DNA of 62,489 nt, counting the filler, from Choristocarpus tenellus KU-1152 (Eukaryota > Protista > Phaeophyceae): NCBI GenBank assembly GCA_964200185.2. It is 13 parts of 13 records of this genome, joined end to end, with 100 filler letters (N's around TTAATTAATTAA, not from the genome) between each part and the next. Parts side by side here need not be neighbours in the genome. Positions count along the whole stretch, not along the records: positions 9,594 to 13,568 come from CAXNAD020016839.1; positions 13,669 to 18,301 come from CAXNAD020013708.1; positions 18,402 to 25,280 come from CAXNAD020007153.1; positions 25,381 to 31,063 come from CAXNAD020010026.1; 9 more parts are not named here. The stretch is one strand, 5' to 3'. Of this stretch, positions 12,712-27,230 are shown piece by piece. Numbering within the stretch: position 1 is the first letter of the stretch; each line of letters starts with the position of its first letter. The notes under the pieces are model-generated. The model saw only the letters and a program-made list of their open reading frames with translations. It ran no database searches and was not told the DNA's origin. The position numbers and the translations under genes were made by a program.

Positions 12712-13668
12712 AAGAGGAGCTCCATCACGCACCATCTGCGGTGTTCCAGCACCACTGGTGAAAAGGGGCAGAGTGGTGGATTGAACCACCCATCTGTGTC
12801 TACCTGTGTACAACAAGATAATATAGTTCAAAATGCATGTGTACCTGTGGGGACTGAGTGTAATGTTCAGGGCTTTTCACTGGACCAGCAAATTAAATTT
12901 GTCCCACCCCCTGCCTAGACCGGTCCCACAATTGTTTATCATGCCCCGGTCCAAGTCCAATAGGTCCTGAACCTGTGCATGTCCGCGAGGTGGACCAGGT
13001 CAAAGATTCTCTAACACATCCGGACTATGTCTATTAGGTATTGTACCCGTACATATCCGCCGACCAGACAGGGTCTAGCATTACCTAGACCATGTGCACT
13101 TGGGAATTATACGTGTCTGTTGGCCACCAGTATAACCTTTTTCTTGCATGTCCGGACCAAGGCCGCCAGTCAATCCAACTGTTTTATGGCATGTACAGAA
13201 CACGTCCACTACGTCTTATAATAGTTCATGATGGAAATATGTGCACAATAAAGGTTAAGTTATACTCCAGTATGCGCGCAAAGAGAGTACTCTTTCAAGT
13301 CTTCTCGGGACTTTCTTGGTTCGAAATCATGAAGAACATAGACATATGTGCAGTGAGAATTCGAGGAGGCATATATGGGTGGAAATATTTTTAATTTATA
13401 TGTATACTATTTTCACATTTCTTTCTTGACAAAATGAATGTCAAAATGTAGTGTATAGTGTCAAAATACATCTTGAACTCACAGATCATCTCGGCCACCT
13501 AAACACTAAACACACAACAACGCAGTTGTATTCCATTTGAGACCCAAAGTATCTGAGAGGGAGGGGGGNNNNNNNNNNNNNNNNNNNNNNNNNNNNNNNN
13601 NNNNNNNNNNNNTTAATTAATTAANNNNNNNNNNNNNNNNNNNNNNNNNNNNNNNNNNNNNNNNNNNN

Positions 13669-14565
13669 CCCATTGAGTGCCTTGTCACTGTCCCCTCCCC
13701 CGCTTGTGTTCTCTGTATTCCCAAGGCCTACGGCCTCCTTGGATTCATCACCATCATTTACGGCCCCCGCTCGGTTACCGTTGTTCTTTCGCGACGTTTC
13801 TGGGCTGTTTATCCTAATAGAGTCCGTGTCAACCGGTGCATCGGCTCCCTCTGTTCCAAGCTCCCTCCTGCGTCGACGTTCTCGCCGTTCCCTTCGCTCT
13901 TTTCGTTCCCGTCGGGCCACATCACTATCCCCGTTCGTTCCACGTTCCCGTTCGCGGCGTTCCTTGCGTTCAGTAGGCTCCTTCTCTGTGCGCTCATGCC
14001 GTTCTCGACTCGATCGGCGCTCTCGGCGATCCCCCTTCTCACTCCTCCTGCTCGACCTCCCCGACCTCTCGCTTCCGACTTCCCCTCTTCGCTCGGATCG
14101 TTCCTCTCGCTCTGCACGTGTTCCCTTGTCAGGACGAGAAGACTTTCCGACACGCTCGCTTCGGTGTGGCCGCCGATAACCATCATCATCACCCTCCTCC
14201 AAGTGACGGTCACCACGACCGCTCTTCCTCTCTCCACCTCGATCTCGCTCGTGACGATCGCGATCACGTTCCCTTCGACTGTGTGATAGGTCGGAGCGAT
14301 CACGCCGATGTCCGGGGACAACCACTGTCGTCTCCCCATCGGTGCTGATGTCATCGCCTCGCCGACTATGGTTCAAGGTCTGTGAGTGATCCTGCTTTTC
14401 TACGCCCGCGTCAATCACAGATGCGTTATTAGACATCAACACCGCAGGATCTTCGGTTGGGGAGAAACCAGTAGTTGATCCCGAAGGAGCTCTCCGTGAC
14501 TGAGTTTTTTGGTCTGGCCTACCTCCAGTGCTTTGTCCATCAGCTCCACCGCAGACATTCCCCAT
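13669..14565 (-). CDS. 5' exon of an uncharacterised protein with N-myristoylation/palmitoylation-type start and R/E-rich disordered region
   Basis: About 300-codon GC-rich open frame from ATG, start MGNVCGG, mixed-charge tract; runs into the linker. Confidence 0.75.
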
Positions 14566-16165
14566 GACTAAAAATTCTAGTTCCCACTTTCAAAAACGGT
14601 GTCACGAGATCACCCACACAGCGGTGCCCCCTGCAATAATTGAAGGAACGAACAGGAGGGCGTAAGACAAAAAGTGGCTCAGTGCCAACGCTACTCTGCT
14701 AGAGTGCATGGTCTATTTCGAATACCCTGTTAGAGTACCTACACTTGAGTGTGTGTCCTTCGGCGACAAGGGATCAGTCTGTTTTTAAAAATATCAACAG
14801 AAAATCACTGCACAAGCGAAATCTCTAACACTTTCCATGGTCCTAAAGGGATAGGTGCTTAGTACTAAGCGAATCAAGTTCCTTACAACAACCTCCTGCC
14901 CATAACTTTCCCCTCTCCCAAAACCGAGGTCTCACCCAGGGGTGCATGAACCTCAAGAGGCGCCGACGGCCTTTCGGCGTGCCAACGCCCGTACGACGCC
15001 AAGGATTCCTCAATAGACTCCCCAACTTTCCCTGTGTCCGACCTGGGTGGTCGCTTTGTGGTGCTTAACTCGAATCACCTTTGGTGCGTAGGGATGATGT
15101 CGACATTAGACAAGGTGATGAGATCGGTCGAAAAGAAATCGTGCGCCCACCTCTTGCGCGTGCACTCACTCAATCTCTCACTTCATCTGTGAAAATAGAT
15201 TTTAGATTCCTACGACTTTCCAAAGAAACTCATCGTCATTAATCAAAAACACATGTTCGACATGTCTAACGGAATCGGTTGTTTGCTGTCATCATTCTCT
15301 TCAACAGTTGCTGAAGAGTTGTCCCGTCTACCGTCATTACTATTGGGTCTTGATTGCGGTGTTGCGTCAAAACTCTTCCAATCTCCAAATATACAATATG
15401 TTATAAAAGTTAAGCCGCGAGTTCATGTCAATCCTCAACCAGGGGCTTAGATTTTAAGAGGAAATGATCCCGAGATTCCAGATCAGAACCTCCAACACTC
15501 TGAAACAAATATGACAAAGCAAAGATGCGAAACTAGTGTGTAGGCGAATTCAACTTCTCAAATAATGAAAAGACATATCGAACTCTGTTTTTCTTCGAAT
15601 TTATCCTGAACGGTCAACCATCTCAGGTCTCGGTGATAGGCATTCATACTCCCATATAATAAATATCGTACTAGTCCAGTCTTTTCGAAGACAAATAAAT
15701 AGTTTTGGCATTTAACACCGATCAGTGACAAACACTTTGCTTTATCCGAAGGAGTCAATTTGGAAAAAGAGATATTTTCATTGTTGTATTGTAGGTATAA
15801 ATATACATTCAAAAAGTGTATATTTCAAAAAATAATCACACCTTTCCTGTGAATTGCATTTCCAATGAGATATTGTGGTTTATTTTAATTTCAGTCTTTC
15901 AAACAATAAAACATAAAGCTTGGTGTGGACATATCACAAATGTGACTTAGTACTACTGGTGCATCTTAGAGGTATTATAAATACCATTATCTTCATTAGT
16001 TATAAAAGTTCGAATTCAGAATTGCCTGTGACCCACTTAGGAGTCAAATTTACACAAACTCTTCCAGACCTACGTTTACCTACGCCATTTCAGTCTTCTG
16101 GGACACCTCCATTGTATGGACCCCCTCTCTCCCTTTTTCCTCTTTCACCTAAATACTGCTCCAGC

Positions 16166-16344
16166 AACAGCCGATTTCAAAAATTGAGGATGGAGCTTTT
16201 CATTGAGGATGACCCAAAATTGACAGGGATAAAGTTTCGATATGTTTTTTTTTGTATTATTTACTTAAACTTTATCCCAGTCAATTTTGGGTCAAGCTCA
16301 TCCTCAATGAAAAGCTCCATCCTCAATTTTTGAAATCGTCTGTT
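16166..16344. mobile_element. Foldback/palindromic MITE (~70-bp arms)
   Basis: aacagccgatttcaaaaattgaggatggagcttttcattgagg...gataaagttt is the near-perfect reverse complement of 16268-16344, around an AT-rich loop. Confidence 0.8.
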
Positions 16345-18559
16345 AGTAGGAGTGTGGATGCTAGGTGGTGGAACTTCTCCTCCTTCTCTTTCTTAACCTA
16401 GAGCACAACCCCCCAATGTTTACTCACACACACACCTCCACTGTTCTTTTCCCATTATGGGCACAACTGTTTTTGGTTCCCTCCTCTTTTCCCCTCTCCA
16501 GTTACCACACCTATCTTTGTGCATGCGTGTGTGCAAGCGTGCGTTCCTTCGTGCGTGCGTGTAAGAGGCCTGGAGTTCCTTATCCTGGTTTTGGTTATCG
16601 AAGGTCGGCAGTAGCCCATTATGATATTGTAGGCGAGGAAGGAGGTCGGCATACATCGGTATCATACCGATAGTGTACCATTGGACTGCACCATCCGTGA
16701 AGGAAGTGATGACCGTATTTCGCAACATCTTTTATTGGACAGGGTGGTGGATAAGAAATTCTGTAAGCAAGATGATGATGGCCGAGAGATATGTAAGGAT
16801 GGGATACACAAGAAAAGCATTGTTGCAAGTGTCATAGAACACGAAGCAGTACTCAAGAGGATTATCGGGACATCCTTGTCTGCAAGGGATGGAAGTCTGT
16901 AAATGAGCTGCAATTCTTTGGATAAAAGGTAAAGATTTGATCACAAAGCGAGGTGGAAGGACCAAGCATAGGAGTAGAGGATATTTGTAATCTGGGGAAA
17001 AATCAAGATCATGCATCATGTTTGTCTGAGGTACAAGATAGATACAAACCAAACATAATTGAAGCAGAAACCACAATCTCACCTCAGTCGTAACGGTTCG
17101 GTTGGTAAGAGTGCAAATTCCCATATCCCCCATTATTGCCAAACGCTATAAACATGCTAGAAGGTGTGATGAAGAGAAGTCCTAACTAACCCCCAAACAC
17201 CCATCATACACACGCACATTCAATGTCGCCCTGATCTTGTCCATTTTGAGTGGCAGGAAGGTCCCAAAATATAGTCGTTTTCATCAGGGCAATTGCCTAC
17301 CAACTCCATGTCATCACAATTGGAGAGGGATATGATCGCACTGGGAATAATGAGTAAAGGCAGAGAGGTAAACAGTTCCAGGAACAAAAAACATTTGCTG
17401 TTCCCTAAGGGTACTGAGCGTAAACCAGACCAGGTAGGTATATCCCTCAGGAGTTCTTCCCTCTACTGCGTAACACTGGCTGTAAGCAAAATCAGCTACC
17501 CCTAAAATATGCCTGGGTATTATTTGTTCGGCACACACAGGAAATGATCCGAAGTCATTGAGAGGTAGGCAGGCTGGGTATCGTTTGTTGGACCACAGGA
17601 CATGATCCAAAGTAATTGAGAGGTAGGCATGGTGGCATTCTAATGATCCCGAGAAATAGAAAGGTATCATTTTTTACAAGTGCGGAAGAGTTTTTGGTCA
17701 ATTGTGACCTGTGATATTTTGTAGATTTGTTAGAGAAAATCCAAACGTGTATCACAAGGACTCCTGGTGTAAAAATAAGAATTGTCCATATGCAATATAC
17801 CTCTCTCAAAATATTTTTGTTATTTGAAGACTAGCAGTACGGAGTAATATGTAGCGTTACTATGCTTCCAACCTAGGTTAACCCTACCGAGGTAGAGCTA
17901 TAGGGAGGTATCCCAAGAATCCGACAGGCCCTTCTTGCCCATCTGCCTTGTATCTACAGCTTGAAACGCATGACAATATCGTATAGATATATTATTATGC
18001 TATCTCACATTATTTGGAGATGTGTAAGGGGAAAAAACAATGAACACAATATTTTTGCAAATGAAACTCATAATCGGAAAGTTTTATCTATCGCCCCACC
18101 ATGTTCTACCCGTATTGTTTTTCATTACGAAATTCCTCATTTCTAGTAACAATAGTGAAAAGCATGAGGGCATAATAATATATAATAGTTCTCCTGACAT
18201 ATCTGCAAAATGTCAGAGGGCATAATAATAAAATATAGTGAAAAGTATTATGGCCTCGGTGAGACCCTCGGGGCAACACTCAACAGTTTGATGATCTCAT
18301 ANNNNNNNNNNNNNNNNNNNNNNNNNNNNNNNNNNNNNNNNNNNNTTAATTAATTAANNNNNNNNNNNNNNNNNNNNNNNNNNNNNNNNNNNNNNNNNNN
18401 NCCAAATGGACAGCCGCCATCCCCCCCCTAGATACTTTGAGCCAACCCGGACCCTCCTTCCTTCTTCTCCGCCTTCCTCCAACTCACGAAAAGCTTCCCT
18501 ATGCCCAGGCTTGGACCTGTGGAGGTGATTTCTAGGGTTGTTATTTGTCGCTGAATTTT

Positions 18560-18875
18560 GAGTGAAACTATCTTAAAGGGTACGAAATTTTCCCTGTTTG
18601 TCCATTTGTGGTGCTTGGCTTCTCATGGGATTTTATGAGATTTTCCGACTCCAAAATATTTTGGAGTAGGCAAAAAGTATACTTTTGTGAGGCTTTGCTT
18701 CCCATGGGTTTTATATTGACATTTTACGACTCCAAAATGTTTCGGGGTAGGTAAAATGTATACGTTATTAAAGATGTGTCCGAACAAACACGATAGCCAA
18801 AATTTCATTAAAATCACAACATTATATTTTGACCCCCAAATGGACGCGGCTCTACCCTCTAAGATACTTTGACTC
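18560..18875. mobile_element. MITE A copy with internal duplication
   Basis: Both TIRs present; hairpin module actccaaaat..ggagtagg occurs twice; no matching TSD. Confidence 0.85.
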
Positions 18876-21800
18876 AGAACTTTCCATCATTGCCCATTAA
18901 GAGACCAGAGACTAGGTGGAGGAGCTTCGACGCTCTGTTGGTACCTTCTGCTGGCGTTCCCCTTTCTAGATTTGGGGTTGTTACTTCAGGAATCAGGAGA
19001 TCCACTGTGTGCATGAGGGTGATTGCATGGACGGTGCAGAACCTGCTTAACTGCAGTGATGTTTACCTACTCCAGGGTGCCCATCTGGACGTGGTCAAGG
19101 GTAGAAGCAACGCTTGGAGTGTGAACCCCATTTGTTGGGTAGGCACTGTCATTTATTACCCAAAACAATTCCTGACCAGAAGCGAAAATAATGAAAAGGA
19201 TACCATGGTGTTACGGAGGTATATAATATTGACACTAACTTCGCACTGCGCTTTCACGTTTGGCGAAGGGGAATCGTGTGAGGGTCTTAACCTGTAGGTT
19301 CCAAGATCAAAACTCGGAGCGTGATATGTCTTTTTGCCGATTTAGCTAATTCATTCCTGTTGGTTCCTTGTTCCCTCCATCACATGTACATAACTTGTAG
19401 TAAGACATGAGAAAGCTTAGTGTAAACAAGACAAGATTTTATGTACTATGTGTTTAATCGCCATCCAAAGTGCGCAAAACCCCTGCGTTTTTGTCTTTGG
19501 TTCTTTTTTTGTTTCTTGGGAATATACAATGTTGTCTGATTCATGGTGTGGCTGCGAGGAGGACAACATACCCCGACCCCGCAATCTATAACGCCAAAGA
19601 CAGCATGGAGGGGACTATGAAATTACTTCTGTCTTCTGTGCACTCGTCATCCAGGGATGAATCAGGAACGTTTTGTTGTAATATTATGTTCTGCATGAGC
19701 TGCGAGCATGAGGATGCAGGGATGACTAAATGTCGTCAAAAGCTACATTGATCAAGTACATCAAGACAATTGAGAAGGTAAGAAATGTAAAAGCGGGGTG
19801 TATCTCATGCGGAACTCAATTTAACTCGGCTGGGTTGTGAGCGAGAGGTACACAAGAAGAGCATTGGGAAGCGTTACTTGTGGAATGGACATCCTCAGCG
19901 ACATCGGGAAGAAGTGAGCTGCAGCAGAAACTTTACCATGCACCAAAGGTTGTCGTCAAAACTTTCATCAACCAACCATCAGATGACCCTTGCCATCCTC
20001 AGTCAAGAATAAGTGGCCTGAAAAGCGCCTTTTGCTATGTAGGAATACACGCATGGTACCATGTCCATCATGCTGCAGCATCTCCCGAGGACTCAATGTG
20101 TGTCATGCATCTCCATGATACATACCAAAAACTGCCCTCAGTGTGTAACATCCAAAAATCATTCATTGATACCATCTTGTAAACTCCACATATATATTCT
20201 CAAACGATCGGTTGCTGTAGACACACACTACTTGTGACCGCATCAACTCTGTTTCCCATTTGATCGTCTCTGATAAAACACACATCCATATATATGTATA
20301 TATATATGTATATATATATTACCCTTCCCTTCTGTCAATGAGTAGAAGTATTTGAAGGATGTTGACAAAAATGTGCGAATTTCGGCTTTTTGTACAAATG
20401 CGTGTAGGGAATTAATTTCCTGAACTCTTTGGAATTTTTTTAACAATAGAGAAATCAATGCTCTCAAGTCAGTCTTAGTACTCATCCATAAAAAAAAGTG
20501 TGAATTGCAAAAGATGAAAACGTGTCTTGAAATGCAAAATGGACTAAGCCTGAATACCTCTCGTTCACTCTGGCTCACTCTTCACAACTGAAACCAAATT
20601 TGGTCGAGGGTATGGCCGATTAATGGCACCTAAGCTACGTTGACCCTAGAGATAGTGCTGACTAATAGGCTCGTGAGGCTACCAAGCATTCACATTACAC
20701 AGTGGAAAATTATGAGAACGAGCCTGGTAACTATTGGTTTGAGATCCAGGTCCTTGTTAAATTGCTAAAGCCTTGTCCTTTAAAATTGTGCCTTGTTGAC
20801 GGGTCAACCTCGCTCAAGGTTCTGTTTTTCCACAGGATGCTACATATCAAGGAGGACGTGAAGATATCTTTTGAGGGGAAGAGAGGTGATATCATCCAGA
20901 CGTTCTACCCCAGCTTGACACTGAGTGGAAGATTCTTATCTCGAGGCTTAGGAATACATTATAAACGCTCCCACAGCTTACCATGATGGAGTAAGTACCT
21001 CCAATCCACAAGCCTTTAGGCTGAAGAGGAGCCTCGAAGTTAGCACCACAATGGAAGTATCATCAATTGTGCTGGATCTCTCGCTTTGATTGTTCTCTTT
21101 ATTGCTTCAATTGGGGTGTACAGAAAAGAACTGTCATGAAGAGCGCGGGCAATGTATGGTCTCACAATGACTATATCATAAATGAAAATAGTCAAGAAGC
21201 ACAATATATAGTCTAGGACTTCAAGTTCATAATGGCATTCGTGAAACCGCCATTAAGACCCATCTGTGGCATATATGATTTCCCAAAAATACTCTCCTGA
21301 ATAAACATGCTCTTCACCCAGAGTATGTAGGTTTGATGTCATGAACATTGAAAATGTATGTGTTCTCGGAGACTTCCAAAAAACGGTTGAATACACCGGC
21401 ATTGTCACAAGTGTCTATTTTTGCTGGATCATCTTTCTGGAGAGAAGATTGGTAGGTCAAGGGGTGCAAGCGATGGTGCAGCATTGCCTTCAGGGTCTAC
21501 TGCACCTGAACCCTCCTCCTTCAGGGGGATGGTGACAACAGGTTGGGATGTTGAAATCATGATGTAATACTGCATCCTCCACATGGGGTTGGAGAGGGTG
21601 CCAGGCAAAAGGGGAAAACTGCATGCCTGGGCGTTGCCTCGTACTCCATATGGTATGAATAGGAACAGCACTTCTGCAATGCCTCAAAACCACTTCTCTC
21701 AATGCCCACAGCTGCTTTCTTTTGAGAGGACTGTTGTCAACTCAACAACAAGGGTTCCGTCTTCGCAGAATCTTTCAGGTTTAATGTGTTGAAACTTCAG

Positions 21801-23479
21801 CTTTTGGGAAGCTAGTCATAACTGAGTACTTCCTTTGCAGCTCAGATAGGGTGGGTTACATGGTGAATATGCCCTGATCATTAATAATCTGATGAGTTCC
21901 TCCCTATCTTACCCATGACCTGATCTACGAACATGAACAAAGTCTGGCTCATCATACCATACATATATATGATACTACTTCGTATGTTTGTGCATATACA
22001 CATCTGGAAAATGTTCGAGGGCTTGTTAATAGAATTAACATAAATGAAACTGAAACTTTATGGTCACATTGTATACATGCAAGATAGAAGCGTAACACAT
22101 AGTTATCGCAATAACAAAAACCCATCGCTCGACATTTTGCTGGAAATTATCACTCACGTCGTGGAGGAGTAGACGAGATAAACACTCTAGTGTCAGTTGA
22201 TGTTGTAGAGTGATTAGTTAAGATGGGGTAGGACATGAGCACTTTGTGGTATCAGATTTATTTCTCATCCTACGAGGAAGGTTGTGAGCAGTAGGCCTTC
22301 TTGTACCCGAGCTTGATGCAACAAAAAGAGGTCTGCAAGATCCAGCCTGTCCCCAGCTTCATTGCCCTTGTCAGGTGGTGACGATGACTATCAGTATTTC
22401 TCGCTTCTTGTGCTCCATCTTGCCAACCCACACACTCCCCTGCAACATGTGTCCATAAAATAGGTCATTCAAGAACAGAAAAGTCATCCACGCAACAGAA
22501 AGTATTGACTGCCTCTCTTCTCAGAACTCTTCGGCAGAGAGGGACGCACTAGGTCCAACTTCGGGCAGCACATGGTTGCGACCCCATGCTATGCACTTTA
22601 AGGACTTTGCCCGCTGCCAATTCTAGAACCATGGTCAGTCGGTGGTGGCGTGCTAGGCACAACGACCTGGATGAGTGATTTCTCCCACCTCCAATTCTAG
22701 AACCATCCATTCATTGTTGTTCCTAATTCTGCAGCAATAGGTTGACTGCCTTAGCCCAGCGCTGTAGAGTGTCTTTCACTGCCTGCTTGAAACGAAAAAA
22801 AAAATCTAGAGATGGTTGACCCACATGAAAGTGGATACATCATCTCTTAAGGGGTCAATGAAGTAGGTCAGAATGGTAGAACGTGGTAGTAGATGTCTAT
22901 TTTTGCACAGGTTAAGGAATGTAGTCTCATCATGTAGTACCTGCACTGAAATGTACTTAAGTGAGTGTACAGGGTTGAATGTCTGGGGAAAACAGGTTTA
23001 GTCGTGGATAGATGCGTTGATCGAGTGAAGGTATATTGGATTGCCAGAACTTGTAGTGTGGTCTTCGCCCTTGCGTGTGTAGTTGAAATGGGGTTATTGA
23101 ACTTGGTGATCTTCCACAGTTATCCAATGCGTACACCCTACTGATCTCGTTTTGGACCAAAGGGAGGACTGGTAAAACTCTCTTTCCATGTCCAGACACG
23201 TGTAGCCAAAGACCAAAAGCATATAACCACTTGTTCAATATAATTCGTAAGAGTGGTACATGCCAGGCAAGTGTAGGTTTGGGCATGATGATGGGATAGT
23301 CACGACGGCATACGTTTCACAATTTACAAGACCAGGCTCTGGATCAGTACCAATATCGGCGAATTTGGCGGAGGACTCTCGTACTGTGGTTGTGTTGACA
23401 GAAACCAACTCAACTACATGACGCTGATGCAGGAGTGGCAGAGATTATTTCCCAAATGTTGCTTTATGGCGTAGAGTGA

Positions 23480-24150
23480 CTTACTATAGACAGGGTGTAT
23501 AGCAATATTCTTTATGCTGATGACGCTAAGATTTTGTCATGGGTTCAAGAGAGCTTAACCACAATGAATGATTACTGCGATCGTTACAGTGGGTGATGAA
23601 CTTGAACCAACCTTTAGGAAGGAAGCGGAGGTCACGTACCTTTTGGGTACCCCACAAAACTTTAGATACTGAGAGGACCGCCTCAAGGTAATTATGCTGT
23701 ATGGCTGTATAACATGGACTCTCAGGAAAGACTACTACACCCAGCCTAATACTTTTCGGAGTGCTCAGCACTACATCAAGTTCTGTAAAATTAGTAATGT
23801 ACAGACTGTCCCCTTTCAAACAGAAAAGCAATGGTGGCAACAGGGTGCGAGACCATTGGCACACCTATACACAAACGGAGGTTGCTGGTTGGGGGTTCAG
23901 TGGTGTACATGGATAATGCTCACTTGCTTAAGAACTTGATGTTTAGGGTACCTGCAACAAGAATGGACCTGAAAAAAACGGATTGTGGTGCCCCTAAGCT
24001 GTCCTTTGGGTGTTTTGACATCCCACCTGAAAGGTGAAGTTCACTTGCAAGAGATTCAAACTGATGGTACAGGCATTAGGAGGATAGAATCACCCCTCAT
24101 CGACGTTCTGCATAATACTAGGAAGGCTGAGGCAGCTGCAGTTTGGCATA
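23480..24150 (+). mobile_element. RTE-clade LINE reverse transcriptase 3' relic
   Basis: ILYADDAKILSW, MLYGCITWTLRK, GCETIGTPIHKRRLLVGGSVVYMDNAHLLKNLMF (RTE ORF2 C-terminal pattern); frameshifted. Confidence 0.85.
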
Positions 24151-25380
24151 TGAAAGCGATCACAGAAAACAAACATGCATGACACCACGCATCAAAATGC
24201 ATCGCTTTCCCACTAGAGCTTTCCATAGTCATACAACACATCACAACACACAGATATTTTTAAACACTCTTAAGAATATTTTCAAAACAGACACCCCCGT
24301 TTTATCTGAAGGATACTAATATTAAGATAAGGGCTAAAGTACAGTGCCAAGGCACCCTATTGTCCTATTCCAAGATAAAAGGCTGTTCTAATGGAGTGTA
24401 TGTTACTCTTACGCCATGCCCAACCCATTCATCCTGTGAATGATAGATTAGTACAAAGTTACAACAGCAGTACAGTACTTCTAAGTCTCAAGTTCATTTT
24501 TCCAAATAAACGTCATTGACCATAGCTTACCATCCCCCTTCGCCAGCACTCTGTCACGAGTATCACTCCCCCCTATACAAACATCAAACAATGATCGGCA
24601 CTACAATCGACTGGGCATACTCCTAAAGAAAACAAAACTTTTTTTTCCTTCAGATGATGAAGCGCACAGAGAGCTGGGCAGCAACAGAAAAGGAGCCAGT
24701 GAAACTAAAGAAAAAAAAAATTCCAACGGCAACGAAAAAGGAAAAAAAACAACTCCAGAGTGAGCAGTAACATAGAATTGCTGCCAGCATCACCCACTCC
24801 CTGCACGGATCCCATCAGTAGGTCTGGAAATGAAGTTGCACCTTCAGAACAATAACTTTTCCCCAGAATATCGAAACAAGGACTAAGAGATGGATAATCT
24901 AATCTCATCCCTTGCTCCTTCTATTTCTCAATGAGCCTTCATTGCCTTAACCACCGGTTCTCGCCCCGCCCACAATACCAAGCCCTTCACTGCTCCCTTC
25001 CTCCTGAGCCAAAGGGTTAATCACGGAGATACACCAAAACCAGGGCCTAGGTCAGGCATCTCTTCCGACATATCCGCTAGGAGTTCTGCCAGCGGCCCCT
25101 CCTCCCAAAGACTGTTTTCCTCCTCTATCCTCCCAGTCAACATACTTTCCCCAGAAAAAGAAACTCCTGACCCTTGTCCGATCCCAACCCCTGCCCCCGG
25201 ACCATTTACCTCCCCCCTTCCATCCCCCTGCCCCCCCAGAGGTGACCCTTCCGGCATCCCTCTCCTCACCCCCACAGTGTNNNNNNNNNNNNNNNNNNNN
25301 NNNNNNNNNNNNNNNNNNNNNNNNTTAATTAATTAANNNNNNNNNNNNNNNNNNNNNNNNNNNNNNNNNNNNNNNNNNNN

Positions 25381-27230
25381 CACGACTGCCATGACCCCCG
25401 CCTCTACGACGCAAGTATGGCGAACGAGCACCCCGCGGGTTGTCCAGGCACGACTGGGTTGCGTGACCCTCACGAGTCGCTGCCTGACAAACCGCTTACT
25501 GGCACACACTATTTTGCTGATCCACGGTGTACGTCAAGCTGGACGGTGAGGCTGAGTAGGGCGACGTGTCTTGGGTTCTTGTTGGTCTGTCAAAGTGCAC
25601 GGCTGAGTGAGGTGGACCCGTCGACGACCGAGCTGGGGCCCTGTTGAGGGTTGCCTCCCCTGCTCGGTGACGTTCCACCTCCGTACGTAGCCTTTGGCAC
25701 TCACGTTGGGATTGCTCGAGTTGACTACGAGGAACCTGTCCGTGACGAGAATTATGAGTAACAGCACTTGTGTAAGTCATGGGGTTGGGTTATGGCCAGA
25801 CAAATGGTTAGCTTCATTCCGTCTGGCACGGTCACGAGCTTGTGCAAACGAGGTGGCAGGTTCGTCCCGAATCCGTTCAAGACGAATTGCAGGGAGTAAG
25901 CCATCTTCCATCAGCGTAATCTTTAGTTGCTCGACAAACAAAGCTTTCGTGTCAACTGCATCTGAGGACGACGTTGTTCAATGAACATCATCCAGAAAAC
26001 GACTCATTGCAGTGGTACAACGTAAAGTATACTGATCAACAGATTCATTCTCCCCCTGTTTCAGAGACGTTAGTCGACGCGCTGATACACTTACAGCATG
26101 GGCAGGAGTAAACGCAGTGATAAGGGCTTTCTGGACATCATCCCATGTCTTTGGTGGTGTCATGGGGATGGGAATGTCAAGAGACGACTGCAACCGAGCC
26201 AGATCACTGGTTGAACGCCACTCCACTGTGCCTGAAAGTAAAAGGTTTCAGCTGGTCCTTGAAGAATTTTCGATAAAAATTCTACACATCGAGCATTGAT
26301 TGTCTCAGGGGATGCGGTACCATACTGCCTAGAGTGCAAGGAAATCGCCACATGCCATTTGGAAAACAAGAGTGGTAAATGTTCCTCTCCCGAACCTGTA
26401 ATGACAAGACCAGATGGTATTTCCTAAGCGGAAAACCTGAAACGACTCGCTTCTGGTATTGATGATGGGTGTGCGACGCTGCTACTTTGTTCAACAGTTC
26501 TTACATGATCAGAGTCCATTCCCCGAGTATGCAGTTTCATGAGGTCCTGGAGCCATCCAGGAGGCACAGTGTCTGTCCTGGCGCACTCGTTAATGTGGTA
26601 CGCGATGTACGATGGCACAGAGTCCCCGAACTGTGCCTGTGACGTGGCCACCTTACAAGTAGTTGAACTTGGGGGTGGGACTGGTTCTCCCTGAAAAAGG
26701 ACCCGACGAGTGTTACGGTCGCCTGAGCTATCACGATGCTCTAGGGTCGACGACACGGGTCTGACATTCGCCTGTCGATCTGTGAGAGGGGAAGAAGGGG
26801 ATCCACGTCTTCATTCGGCATCTTTTGTCTGCGGTCAAACAGAAATGCCCTGTCATCCTATTTCTGAGGACACCGGTGTCGCCAATGTGAATCGTGTGAT
26901 TCTGTGGCGGCGTGGTTAACTCAGGCAAGGGAGGCGAAGAGAATCACCGGGCAAGACAGACCACACAAACTTGGACGAACCGTCACCAAGGGTACGAGGT
27001 TAAGGTTGGTCAAGCTTAAACTTAGGAGTGATGAGCAACATCAGAGATGAGGCTTCATCATCAGTCAAGACATGAGAATAAAGTGAATCTTTCATGTGTG
27101 ACAACTTAAATGACAAGTTGTTCTAAGTCTATGGGATTGGTCACGTGAAGAACTTCCATGGTTTCATTTTAACGAAAAAATGTCCGTCAGTGAAACCATG
27201 GACTCTTGACTGGGAATCTCACTCGGTACC
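25381..27230 (-). mobile_element. LTR retrotransposon (Gypsy-like) gag relic with putative PBS
   Basis: TWDDVQKALITAFTP..LTSLKQGENESVDQYTLR (retrotransposon gag), LMEDGLLPAIR, knuckle-like CQ*AVCQAATREGHATQSC; TGGTACCGAG PBS-like site at ~27221-27230; LTR-like terminus at 27767. Confidence 0.8.

Noticed and set aside
13673-14348. Plus-strand Ser/Arg-rich ORFs
   Set aside because: Antisense shadows of the low-complexity minus-strand exon.
19480-22700. Possible hAT or other transposase remnants
   Set aside because: Only vague motif resemblance; no convincing conserved block.
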